A stretch of DNA of 32,289 bases, from NCBI RefSeq assembly GCF_006345805.1, contig NW_021834731.1, positions 1 to 32,289 of the forward strand, read 5' to 3'. Below are positions 21,414-32,289 of this stretch, piece after piece. Numbering within the stretch: the first letter of the stretch is position 1; each line of letters begins with the position of its first letter. The stretch is from Octopus sinensis (lineage: Eukaryota). The translations under genes were made by a program, and so were the position numbers. The notes beneath the pieces are model-generated. The model ran no database searches. It worked only from the letters and a program-made list of their open reading frames with translations, and had not been told where the DNA came from.

Positions 21414-22483
21414 ATGTTCTCCTTTCTCTTTAAATCCTAAAAGTTCCACTCTTTTCCGAATTTTTTAATACAATCAAAGTTTACCATACAGATTGGAGCA
21501 CGCTAAGTTAAGTTAAGTTAATTTTTTTGGCTCAAAAAGCAAAAAGCAAGGCCATGTAGGGGGACATGGAGTTATGTACCGGGAGGCAAAGAGTTCAGGC
21601 CATTTTTGGTCAAGAGAGACTTTGAATCGAGCGGTTGTCGTCATCTTCACTATCTCGTCCGGCAGCTTATTCCATGGATCCGCAACCCGGACGGAGAAAG
21701 CCCTTCTCCTTCGATTGAGATGAAATCGTCGCAGATAGAGCTTTTCGGAGTGACCCCGCAGCCGATGCTCTGGAGCAGGAGTAAAGAACAGCTCTTTCGA
21801 GAGGTTACACTTTCCGCTTATGATGTTGTGAGGTCATGTAGGGGGACAGGAAGTTATGTACAGGGTGGGTGCTCATGCAAAGAGTTCAGGCCATTTTTGG
21901 TCAAGAGAGACTTTGAACCGAGCGGTTGTCGGCATCTTCACTATCTCGTCCGGCAGCTTATTCTACGGATCCGCAACCCGGACGGAGAAAGCCCCTCTCC
22001 TCCGATTGAGATGAAATCGTCGCAGATAGAGCTTTTCGGAGTGACCCCGCAGCCGGCGCTCTGGAGCAGGAGTGAAGAACAGCTCTTTCGAGAGGTTACA
22101 CTTTCCGCTTATGATGTTGTGAGCAAGAATGAGATCACTACGGCGTCGTTGTTTTTCTAGAGAATAAAGGTCAAGCTTCTTCAGCCTTTCTTCATAAGAC
22201 AAATGCTTGAGACCAAGAACCATGCGGGTAGCCAGCTTCTGGACTCTTTCGAGATGATGTATGTCTTTGAGGAGATAAGGAGAAGAGGCTTGAATCCCGT
22301 ACTCCAATATGGGAATGGATGCATCACCATTCTATTAAATAATGGAATGGTGATGCATCCAAGCGTGCGCCATTGCTGGGATTTCAGTAAAGTATTTGGA
22401 CAATCTGTATGTTAAACACTGATTTTATTAAAAAATTCGGGAAAGAGTGGAACTTTTAGGATTTAAGGAGAAAGGAGAGCATA
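21413..22483. mobile_element. Palindromic MITE-like element (~260 bp when reconstructed) interrupted by a LINE
   Basis: 21413-21494 inverts 22402-22483; 21495-21504 inverts 22362-22371; 22316-22332 inverts 22345-22361. Confidence 0.75.
21505..22313 (-). mobile_element. CR1-type LINE 3' fragment with a duplicated ~285-bp terminal segment and (AACTT)n tail
   Basis: PILEYG..SPYLLKDIHHLERVQKLATRMV..LSYEERLKKLDLYSLE..RGH..FSVRV..WNKLP; repeats at 21550-21832 and 21833-22123. Confidence 0.92.
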
Positions 22484-23072
22484 AAATTATTTTGTAAATA
22501 TTTTTCATAATCGTATGAATTTTCGTGTGTAGAACACGAATCCACAAATCTTTCTGAAAAGTTATCTACAGGGAGAAAATATTGAAAAACGTGACAAAGA
22601 AACGAGGAAGGTATCAGGTGGTAGTAGGACGTGCTAAAAATAACAAATAAATCGCCCTTAAATCAAACAAATTTCTTTGTTGTTTTTGTATAATTGTAAA
22701 AATTCTCGTGTGTAGAACAGACATCCGCAAAATATTCTGCAAAGTTATGAAGGGTTATTTGGGGTATTTAAATCAAATTTCGCCAATTTTTACCAGGCAA
22801 AATAAAATATATTCTTTCGAGCCAATGATTTTGGATTAACTCTCAAATTTACCAAACTCCTAATTTCTTGGAATTCTAAGACATTAATTATTTATTTTAA
22901 TATTATATTAGAGGAGAAATATATTAGTGACACGATAATCCAGTGAGAATTTCTAATTCTTTTGCGCGAAAGCTAACCAAATATAACTAAAGTTTTTGTA
23001 CTTAGCGAATTAGAGGTTAAAATTCTGATGGCTGAGCGAACTAGTTGCTACATCCTAGTAGAAAAGCGCTGC

Positions 23073-23103
<31 letters not shown>

Positions 23104-23700
23104 TGTATGTATGTATGTATGTATGTATGTATGTTGTATGTATGTGTGTATTTATGTATGTATGTATTCAAGATTTCTTAGTAATAGAGAAAGAGCCGGT
23201 TTCTAACCTAGATCCAAGTCTCCTTCACTGGAATTTCAACATCGACAATAATGCGTGTGCATGCATTTATGCATGTATGTATATGTGTATGTATGTGTGT
23301 TTGCGTATATATGTATGTATGTCGTTATTCAGTTTTATTTCAAGATTTCTTGCCAATAGCGAAAGAGGTGGTTTCTAACTTAGATCCAAGGCTCTTTCAT
23401 TGGAATTTCAACAGCAACAACGTGTGTGCGAGTGTGTGTGTTTGTGTGCATATGTATGTATAATGCATGTATATATGTATATATGTATGTCATTGTTCAG
23501 TTTTATTTCAAGATTTTATTTCAAGATTTCTTGCTAATAGAGAAAGAATAGGTTTCTAACCTAGAGTCAAGGCTCCTTTATTGGAATTTCAACACCAACA
23601 ACAGTGTATTTTTGTATGTATGTATTATGTATGTATATATGTATGTATGCATGTATGTATATGTGCAGATTTGTATATATGCTTTATGTATGTATTCTCA
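23073..23700. repeat. Three copies of an ~90-bp module alternating with (TATG)n
   Basis: TTCAAGATTTCTT..AATAG.GAAAGA...GGTTTCTAAC.TAGA..CAAG.CTC.TT.A.TGGAATTTCAACA at ~23167-23250, 23328-23421 and 23496-23603. Confidence 0.85.
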
Positions 23701-24336
23701 TGCATATAGTTGCGTATCTAGACATGCTCTTATATATTTAAATGATAAACTTCTGGAAAGTTATACCGATTTTTACAGTTCCACTGATTGATTGGATCTG
23801 TAGTCTTCGAATTAGCTTTCTCCTTCCTACTTTTGAGAAGCCTAATTTCTCAAGATCGGTAGTTAGGCAGTGTGTTACATATCCAGAACCCCAATAATTA
23901 CCGGTATAAATCTGAACTTGTACGTACGTATGTATGTATGTATGTATGTATGTATGTATGTATGTATGTATGTATGTATGTATGTATGTATGTATGCATG
24001 TATACTTGTATGTATGTATGAACGAATGTCTGTTGCGTTTCATTTTGAACTATTTCAATTCTTCTAAGGAAGGAGATGGATTCTAACAAAGATACAAAGC
24101 TCCATCGTTCGAATCTAGATAACAAAAATAAATTCACATCTTAATCTTGAGAAACATTTTGCACATTTTTAGTGTTCCGTTTGCACCTGGTATTTGAAAA
24201 AGCGCGGGCTCGTTGATCGATTTCTTTTTTTGAAAACCTTAACTTTTCCAGATTGTTACTTAGGCATCTACTCACAAAACCAACTGCACTGATCATTGCT
24301 GGCATAAGTAGGAATTTATAATCTTGGTACAGAAGC

Positions 24337-25090
24337 TGTATTATATATGTATGTCTTTATGTATGTATGTATTGATATGAGTGGGTCAATCCGTAAACAA
24401 CTGCTTTGACCTACTTTGCTGGTTTGTAGTCTGGAAGTCTACAATCTAAAGTTATTGTCCTTTGTTCTGTCAGATTCACGAAAGAGTGATGGCTTTTGGA
24501 AAGACCTCTACCCTTTTCCCGGTCAAAGAAGGGTCAAGGAAGCTACCCTATAAAAGGCAGGGACTGTGAGTCTGTTAGGCAGTTCGGCCGGAGAAATTGA
24601 GTTGGTAAGAAGGCAGATGGGATTACGGAGGAGGCGGTCGGTTGAGAAAGACAGACAGACAATCTGAGAGATGACAGGCGAGAGAGTGACAGTGACAGCG
24701 TCGAGGAGGACAGGCAGATAGGATTAAGGAGCGATAGAGAGGGACTACGGTGTAAGGCATTGGCTGTTGTACGGTATGTGTTGATTGTTGTATTGATGTT
24801 GAAATGTAAAAGAATTGATGTGTTGGAAAAAGAGATCATAAAGGACATTGTGAATTAAGTAAAAGACTTTTCGAAAAGAAAGAACAGTGCTAAAGAGATT
24901 ATAAAGAACAATGTGAATTGTGTTGATACGTGATGTGAAAAAAGAAGGAGAAAGACTTTAATGTATTGAACTGTTCTGATTGGACTGTAATGTATCGTGA
25001 ACATTAATGTGATTTGAACATTGTATATTGTACCTGCATGTTTAAATGCTTTGATTTGTTGTATACCTGATGTATCTTTGATTTATTTGA
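24337..25090 (+). other. Possible LTR-like or promoter-containing segment
   Basis: Consensus TATA box CCTATAAAAGG at 24547-24557 followed by strand-skewed G/A-rich sequence; no TSD or AATAAA found. Confidence 0.3.
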
Positions 25091-25346
25091 TGTTGTAATA
25101 ATTGTTATAAACTCTTGTTAAATGTAAGCCAATTGCCTTCCGCCGTCTCTCTTTGTGTCTCTTCCTGCTGTTGTTGTTGTCGTTATCTCCGGTCGCCGGT
25201 TGCCGGGTTCGCTGCCATTCTCCCCCACAGAATTCTCTCCTTCCGTGGCGAATTCCCCGTTCGATCGAGCCGGTCAATCGTCGTCGCTCGACTTGGTAGG
25301 GTCCCGGGTTTTCCCGAAGAGTTTGAGCGACGGCAGGTTCGTAACA
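25091..25346 (-). mobile_element. Putative short solo LTR
   Basis: GC/CpG-rich island in AT-rich DNA with TGTT...AACA termini (minus strand starts TGTTACGAA, ends TACAACA); no TSD seen. Confidence 0.45.
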
Positions 25347-25481
25347 GTATGTATGTATGTATGTATGTATGTATGTATGTATGTATGTATGTATGTATGT
25401 ATGCTTGTATGTTTGTATGTTTGCATGTATGTATGTTCGTATGCATGTGTGTGTATATATATCTTCATATAGATATATGTT

Positions 25482-25514
<33 letters not shown>

Positions 25515-25668
25515 GTATGTATGTATATTTGACACTCACACGTATGTATGATCAAGAGGTAGATGCGTAAAAATACATGCGTATATAGATATGACTATGC
25601 ATACATTTATATGCATCAGTATATTCATGTATACATACGTGTGTGTACCTCTCTCTCTCTCTCTCCCT

Positions 25669-25706
<38 letters not shown>

Positions 25707-25971
25707 GAATATATGTGTGTATGTGTGAAAAAACGAAAAGAACTACAATAAAGATAACGCTAGCAACAACAAGAACATCCCGTCGCAATATCTGTGTCAT
25801 GTTGAAAGTGGTTCGGACTCATTCGCAATTTGTTAATTCTCCTAAAATTTCTTTATCTTATCGCCTTTCGCGACAACGAATCCCCTTTTCAGATACAACA
25901 CATAGCGCTCCCTTTCTATTCTTTCTATAATTTCTCTCTCTCTTCTCTCTCTCTCTCTATCTCTCTCACTT

Positions 25972-26004
<33 letters not shown>

Positions 26005-26117
26005 TTTTTCTTTTCTCTTTTCTCTCTTTTTTTCTCTTTCTCTCTATTCTCCCACTCTACTCTCTCTCTCTCGTTTGTGTGTGAACATAATATCTATATG
26101 AAGATATATATATGGGC

Positions 26118-26171
<54 letters not shown>

Positions 26172-26190
26172 ATATATACATACATACATA

Positions 26191-26248
<58 letters not shown>

Positions 26249-26350
26249 GTATATATAAATATGTATATATATATATATAAATATCTGGTGAGTGGGAAAG
26301 AAGGAGAGATAGAGAGTGCGAGAGAGAGAAAGAGAGAGAGAGAGAGAAAG
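25347..26350. repeat. (TATG)n, (CA)n, (CT)n, (TA)n and (GA)n microsatellite cluster
   Basis: Read directly. Confidence 0.85.
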
Positions 26351-26429
26351 TGGGAGAGAAAGCCTTTCTTGTGTTTCTGTAAGAATTTGTCCTAGTTCTA
26401 CTTATTCTTTAACCACCTCTCACTCACTC

Positions 26430-26682
26430 CCCCTCCGCCTTCACCTCCTTTCCCCTCCTTCTCCCCTCACATCTTTCTCTCCTTCCCTCCTTCTCCCTTA
26501 CTTTTCCCCTCCCCTCCTTCCCCCTTTCTTCATTCCCCCCTTTCCTCCTTCTCCCCACATCTCCTTATCTCCTCCCTTCCTTCTCCTCACTCCTCTTCCC
26601 TCCTCCCCTCCTCCCCTCCTTCTCTTCTTCTCTCCTCCCCTCCTCCCTTCCCCTATTTCCTCTGCCCTCCAAATCTCCCTCG
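26430..26682 (+). repeat. Polypyrimidine (CCT/CT-rich) tract
   Basis: ~250 nt almost entirely C/T. Confidence 0.9.
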
Positions 26683-27005
26683 CCACACCACACTTGCTAA
26701 CCCTCTCAAATCGTCATCACTTACACATGGCACCATCACCATCTCCACCGGCCATTACCACCACCACCACTGTTATCATCACACTACTGCCACCTGTTCA
26801 TCAGCATCATCGGCTGTTAATCCCAAAGATGATCTTCAAAAGAAACCCCATCCATTTACAATCCAACTGAACTCGTCTATAACCGCCTCCTCACCCATTC
26901 TTCGACATAAAATTAAGAACACCTCGTAAAATACAGCGCATCTATGGTTCCGCAGTATGCACGTAGCATACTCTCGATTCTGTGTGTGAGTGCATGAAAC
27001 GCGAA

Positions 27006-27556
27006 CAGGAGTGGCTGTGTGGTAAGGAGCTTGTTCCTAAACCACATAGTTTCAGGTTCAGTCCCACTTGAACAAGTGTCTTCTACTATTGAAGAAAAGA
27101 AGCACTCCGTCGGTTACGACGACGAGGGTTCCAGTTGATCCGAATCAACGGAACAGCCTGCTCGTGAAATTAACGTGTAAGTGGCTGAGCACTCCACAGA
27201 CACGTGTACCCTTAACGCAGTCCCTCGGGATATTCAGCGTGACACAGAGTGACAAGGCCGGCCCTTTGAAATACAGGTACAACAGAAACAGGGAGTAAGA
27301 GTGAGAGAAAGTTGTGGTGAAAGCGTACAGCAGGGATCACCACCATCCCCTGCGGAGCCTCGTGGAGCTTTAGGTGTTTTCGCTCAATAACACTCACAAC
27401 GACGCCGGTCTGGGAATCGAAACCGCGATCCTATGACCGCGAGTCCGCTGCCCTAACCACTGGGCCATTGTGCCTCCACTGTCTTTTACTATAGCCTCAG
27501 GCCGACTAAAGCTTTCTGTGTATATTTGGTAGATGGAAACTGGAAGAGGCCCGTAG

Positions 27557-27627
<71 letters not shown>

Positions 27628-27790
27628 GTGTGTGTGGGTGTGTATCTAAGTCTATACTTTTTGTACCTGTTTTGTCCCCCACCAATGCTTCACGACTGGG
27701 GTTGGTATTCCCATAAGCAAAAGAGATCGATAGAATAATTATTAGGCGTTAAAAAATAAATCCTGGGGTCGATTTGTTCGCCTAAAACCC
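27006..27790 (+). mobile_element. Old SINE family B copy interrupted by SINE-C
   Basis: Head 27006-27089 continues at 27480-27790. Confidence 0.82.
27090..27479 (-). mobile_element. SINE family C nested in SINE-B, 13-bp TSD
   Basis: Reverse complement of SINE-C; TGTCTTCTACTAT (27077-27089) vs TGTCTTTTACTAT (27480-27492). Confidence 0.9.
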
Positions 27791-27809
27791 TTCAATCTCA
27801 TTCTTTTTA

Positions 27810-27989
27810 TTAACCCCTTACCCGGCAGAAACGAATATATGCGTTTTGACCGAAATCGTTTTTTTCTATCTCTGGCGAGTTAACTCGTCAAAAGATAGAC
27901 TCGCCAAAATCGACAGTAAAATAAAACAATTAAAAAATATGTCTGAAAAAATACATTTATTTTCAAAATAATTGTTGGTAAGGGGTTAA
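27810..27989. mobile_element. piggyBac-type MITE (172 bp plus TTAA TSDs)
   Basis: TTAA-CCCCTTACC ... GGTAAGGGG-TTAA. Confidence 0.75.
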
Positions 27990-28224
27990 ATCATTGGCTT
28001 TCTGAAGTAGAAATAATAAATATGTCTTTAGAAGGGATAGGTATATCTTTAAGGGATATTCCAAGATATTGTTCTTCCATGTCTAATGAATCCAGTATCA
28101 AGTGCTCTATATATATAAGAGCACAAATTGTCACATTGGCCATACAAATACAATACACATCCTTCCTTTGACTATGCATTTACAACAAGGAGTCATTCCA
28201 ATATACTACAATACAGTAAGGATG

Positions 28225-28618
28225 ACAGCTGGTAGAATCGCTAGTACGAATTTCGTCTGTTTTTCACGTTTTGAGTCCAAAAACTTTGCCTTTTATCTTC
28301 GATAAAATAAATACCTATTTCATTATTACCCACAAGGGGCTAAACATAGATGGGACAAACAAGGACAGGCATAGGTATTAAGTCGATTACATCGACCCCA
28401 GTGCGTAACTGGTACTTAATTTATCGACCCCGAAAGGATGAAAGGCAAAGTCGACCTCGGCGGAATTTGAACTCACAACGTAGCGGCAGACGAAATACCG
28501 CTAAGCATTTCGTCCGGCGCGCTAACGTTTCTGCCAGCTCACCGATAAAATAAATACCAATTGAGTACTGGAGTCGATGTAATCGATTTATCCCCTTCTC
28601 CAGAAACTGCTTGCCTAC
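28225..28618 (+). mobile_element. Old degenerate SINE-A-related copy hosting a younger SINE-A
   Basis: Head remnant AGCTGGTAGAATCGCTAG..ACTTTGCCTTTTATC continues after 28558 as TACTGGAGTCGATGTAATCGA. Confidence 0.65.
28316..28542 (-). mobile_element. SINE family A monomer with 16-bp TSD
   Basis: CGATAAAATAAATACC at 28300-28315 and 28543-28558. Confidence 0.9.
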
Positions 28619-29335
28619 ACTTCTCAAGCGGTTGATATCTTTTATCCGCAGGTTCAATATCAAGGTTCTCTCTCTAAGATCCATGATTTACTGCGGATAA
28701 TATTGCGTACATGGTGGGATATCTACCCTTTCTACTAGTTCAGTTTTTGTGCAGTTAAGGGTTACGTACCCCCGCACAGCAGTCCTTCCGTGGTTACTGA
28801 TATCCTTTACTTCGTTTTGCTCCCCAGCCGTAGTGATGTACCGTGGCGTCGCTATCGGTGTGTCCTATATACTCTTCTTCGAGCTGTGTTGTGGTGGGAG
28901 ACCAGTGCTTTTGTACGTGTCTGAAGACGTGCAGCCGACGTGTTTACCGAAAGATCTACACCTTCCGCGCTTTCCCAAACACCACATTACAATTCTATAA
29001 ACATAGAATACCACAAAAATAAATGAGAACAATATTTACGAAGCGTTTGGTAACAGAAGCCAAAGATCAACACGCACACAGATAGAAGATAGAGCTAGAA
29101 TAAATAAGGGCAAAGAATGGCTAAAGTGTATGGCAGGAATTTTAATGAGAACACAAAGCGTTTATTTATGTGGTAGGGAGCTGAGAAAATGAAACATTGT
29201 AATCGTTAAGTGTTTGACAGTAAGAACTGGAAGATAAACGAAGAGGAAGATATTTACCATAGTGCGAGAAATTGGGTTATCGTCTCTATCAAAGGAGTTG
29301 TTAGTGGTCGGAGGCATTATACAAATACAAATAAC

Positions 29336-29998
29336 ACTGTTGATTTCTAATTTAGGCACGGGGCAGTTGTAGTAATTTTGAAGGAAGGTTTGGGGCAGGA
29401 GTTAGTCGATACTATAGAGACCCTTATTTTTTTGACTGCTAGTTTACTTTATCGACCCATAAAGAATGGATTGTAAAAATTAAGCATGATGTGAACTTGG
29501 AGCGTAAAAGGGCCGGAAAAAAAATCCCGCAGAACAGTTTTTCGGACACACTAAAACTGTTGATTTCTAATTAGGCCGGGCAATTGTAGTAATTTTGAGG
29601 GAAGGGTTTGGACAGGAGTTAGTCGATACTATTAGAGACCCTTATTTTTTTGACTGCTAGTTTACTTTATCGACCCATAAAGAATGGATTGTAAAAATTA
29701 AGCATGATGTGAACTTGGAGCGTAAAAGGGCCGGAAAAAAAATCCCGCAGAACAGTTTTTCGGACACACTAAAACTGTTGATTTCTAATTTAGGCACGGG
29801 CAATTGTAGTAATTTTGAGGGAAGGTTTGGGACAGGAGTTAGTCGATACTATTAGAGACCCTTATTTTTTTGACTGCTAGTTTACTTTATCGACCCAGAA
29901 AGAATGGATTGTAAAGATTAAGCATGATGTGAACTTGGAGCGTAAAAAGGGCCGGAAAAAAAAAAAATCCCGCAGAACAGTTTTTCGGACACACTAAA
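29336..29998 (-). repeat. Tandem triplication of a ~220-bp unit derived from a decayed SINE-A relative
   Basis: ACTGTTGATTTCTAA at 29336, 29556 and 29774; unit contains TTTATCGACCCA.AAAGAATG resembling the SINE-A core. Confidence 0.88.
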
Positions 29999-30074
29999 GT
30001 TTCTGTCCATGCACTACCAACCAATCAACCAATGAATGAATGAATTAATTAATTAATGAAACAACCACCACCAC

Positions 30075-30093
30075 TAATAATAACAACAACAAC

Positions 30094-30148
<55 letters not shown>

Positions 30149-30178
30149 GTAATAATAATAATAATAATAGTAATAATG

Positions 30179-30212
<34 letters not shown>

Positions 30213-30317
30213 TAGTATATGATTATAATATAATAATAATAATAATAATAATATAATATAATAATAAAATAATAAATAATAATAATAATAAATAATAGTA
30301 ATAATGATAATATAATG

Positions 30318-30358
<41 letters not shown>

Positions 30359-30552
30359 TATAATAATAATAATAATATAATAATAATATAATAATAATAC
30401 TAAAATAATAATAATAATAATAATAATATAATAATAATAATAATAATAGTAATAATAATAATAATAATAGTAATAATGATAATAATAATAATAATATAAT
30501 AATAATAATAATAAATAATAATAAAATAATAATAATAATGATAATAATAATG

Positions 30553-30632
<80 letters not shown>

Positions 30633-30770
30633 TAATATAATAATAAATAATAATAATAATAATAAATAGTATATAATATAATAATAGTAATAATGATAAT
30701 AATAATAATAATATAATAATAATAATAATAATAATAATATAATAATAATAATAATGATAATAATAATGAT

Positions 30771-30802
<32 letters not shown>

Positions 30803-30826
30803 TAATAATAATAATAATAATAAATA

Positions 30827-30870
<44 letters not shown>

Positions 30871-30944
30871 TAATAATAATAATAGTAATAATAATAATAA
30901 TAATAGTATATGAATAATAAATAATAATAATATAATATAATATA

Positions 30945-30986
<42 letters not shown>
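30075..30986. repeat. ~900-bp (AAT)n microsatellite
   Basis: Read directly. Confidence 0.95.
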
Positions 30987-30987
<1 letters not shown>

Positions 30988-30989
30988 CG

Positions 30990-31387
30990 TTTCTACTAGA
31001 GGCACAAAGCCTGGAATTCGTGGGGAGGGGACTAACCGATTACATCGATCCCAGTGTTGCACTGGTATTTGATTTATCGATTCCGACAGGATGAAAGGCA
31101 AAGTCGACCACTGCAGAATTTGAACTCAGAAAGTAGCGGCAGACGAAATACCTATTTCAATTTCATTACTACCCACAAAGGGCTAAATACAGAGAGGATA
31201 AACAAGGACAAACAAACGAATTAAGTCGATTACATCGACTCCAGTGCGTAACTGGTACTTATTTATCGAACCCGAAAGGATGAAAGGCAAAGTTGACCTA
31301 GGCGGTATTTGAACTCAGAACGTAGCAGCAGACGAAATACTGCTAAGCATTTCGCCCGGCGCGCTAACGATTCTGCCAGCTCGTCGC
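30990..31387 (-). mobile_element. SINE family A dimer whose two units have different 3' tails
   Basis: Unit 31152-31387 has the standard tail; unit 30990-31151 has an alternative tail (plus strand GGCACAAAGCCTGGAATTCGTGGGGAGGGG). Confidence 0.85.
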
Positions 31388-31397
31388 TTTACTCATT

Positions 31398-31409
31398 AAT
31401 ACTACTACG

Positions 31410-31459
<50 letters not shown>

Positions 31460-31494
31460 AACAACTACTACTACTACTAATAATAATAATAATG

Positions 31495-31533
<39 letters not shown>
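31398..31533. repeat. (ACT)n followed by (AAT)n microsatellite
   Basis: Read directly. Confidence 0.93.
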
Positions 31534-31597
31534 TAATGTAAAGAAAATGTCAAAAGTTTTTGTACGTGACTTTCGGCCTACCCTGTATATATAAAGC

Positions 31598-31735
31598 AAG
31601 CTTCTTTCAGTTTCCGCCTACCAGATCCGCTCACAAGACTTTCGTTGGTCCGACACTTGTCCACGATACCACGCAGTGGAACAGATCCCGGAACCTTGTG
31701 GTCAGGAAACAAACTTTTTACCACACATCACGCCT
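31598..31735 (-). mobile_element. SINE family B 5' fragment, diverged
   Basis: GCTTCTTTCAGTTTCCG..CCACGCAGTGG..CCCGGAACC. Confidence 0.7.
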
Positions 31736-32079
31736 AAGGACAGACAAACGGATTAAGTCGATTATATCGACCCCAGTGCGCAACTGGTATTTATTTAATC
31801 GATCTCGAAAGGATGAAAGGCAAAGTCGACCTTGCCGAAGAAATACCTATTTCTTTACTACCCACAAGGGGCTAAACACAGAGAGGACAAACAAGGACAG
31901 ACAAACGGATTAAGTCGATTATATCGACCCCAGTGCGCAACTGGTATTTATTTAATCGACCCCCGAAAGGATGAAAGACAAAGTCGACCTCGGTGGAATT
32001 TGAACTCAGAACGTAGCGGCAGACGAAATACGGCTAAGCATTTCGTCCGGCGTGCTAACGCTTCTGCCATCTCGCCGCC
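31736..32079 (-). mobile_element. SINE family A, full unit plus partial second unit
   Basis: Head ends CTCGCCGCC at ~32079; AAATACC|TATTTC junction at ~31842-31854. Confidence 0.85.
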
Positions 32080-32161
32080 TTACCACAAGCTTCTTACCAC
32101 ACAGCCATAGCTACAACTGCATATCCATACTCTCACACACGCAACACCCACGCACCCCCAC

Positions 32162-32210
<49 letters not shown>

Positions 32211-32245
32211 GTCTCAGAAGCAACAGAGTGACTGAAGGTCCGAGC

Positions 32246-32289
<44 letters not shown>

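Noticed and set aside
21606-22160. 184-aa plus-strand ORF with an internal repeat
   Set aside because: Antisense reading of the duplicated CR1 LINE segment

Overview
Eukaryotic, AT-rich, gene-poor window saturated with microsatellites and retroelement debris; the SINE types and microsatellite load suggest an octopus genome (inference, no database search was possible). I found no convincing host gene, and almost all ORFs in the track are microsatellite or SINE artefacts. The recognisable coding remnants are all non-LTR retrotransposon pseudogenes: four CR1-type LINE pieces, an R4/Dong-like restriction-endonuclease element sitting inside (TAA)n, and a two-zinc-finger remnant. About 25 copies or fragments of three tRNA-like SINE families (working names A, B, C) occur, several nested and with clear target-site duplications (TSDs). 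There is also a TTAA-flanked piggyBac-like MITE, LTR-like pieces and tandem repeats. The most notable signal is a set of short non-coding elements carrying minimal type I hammerhead-ribozyme-like motifs (Penelope/retrozyme-like). Two of them form fold-back structures whose inversion breakpoints fall in the ribozyme. Also notable are a SINE/LINE shared 3' hairpin with covariation and a recurrent fixed-junction multimerisation of SINE-A.
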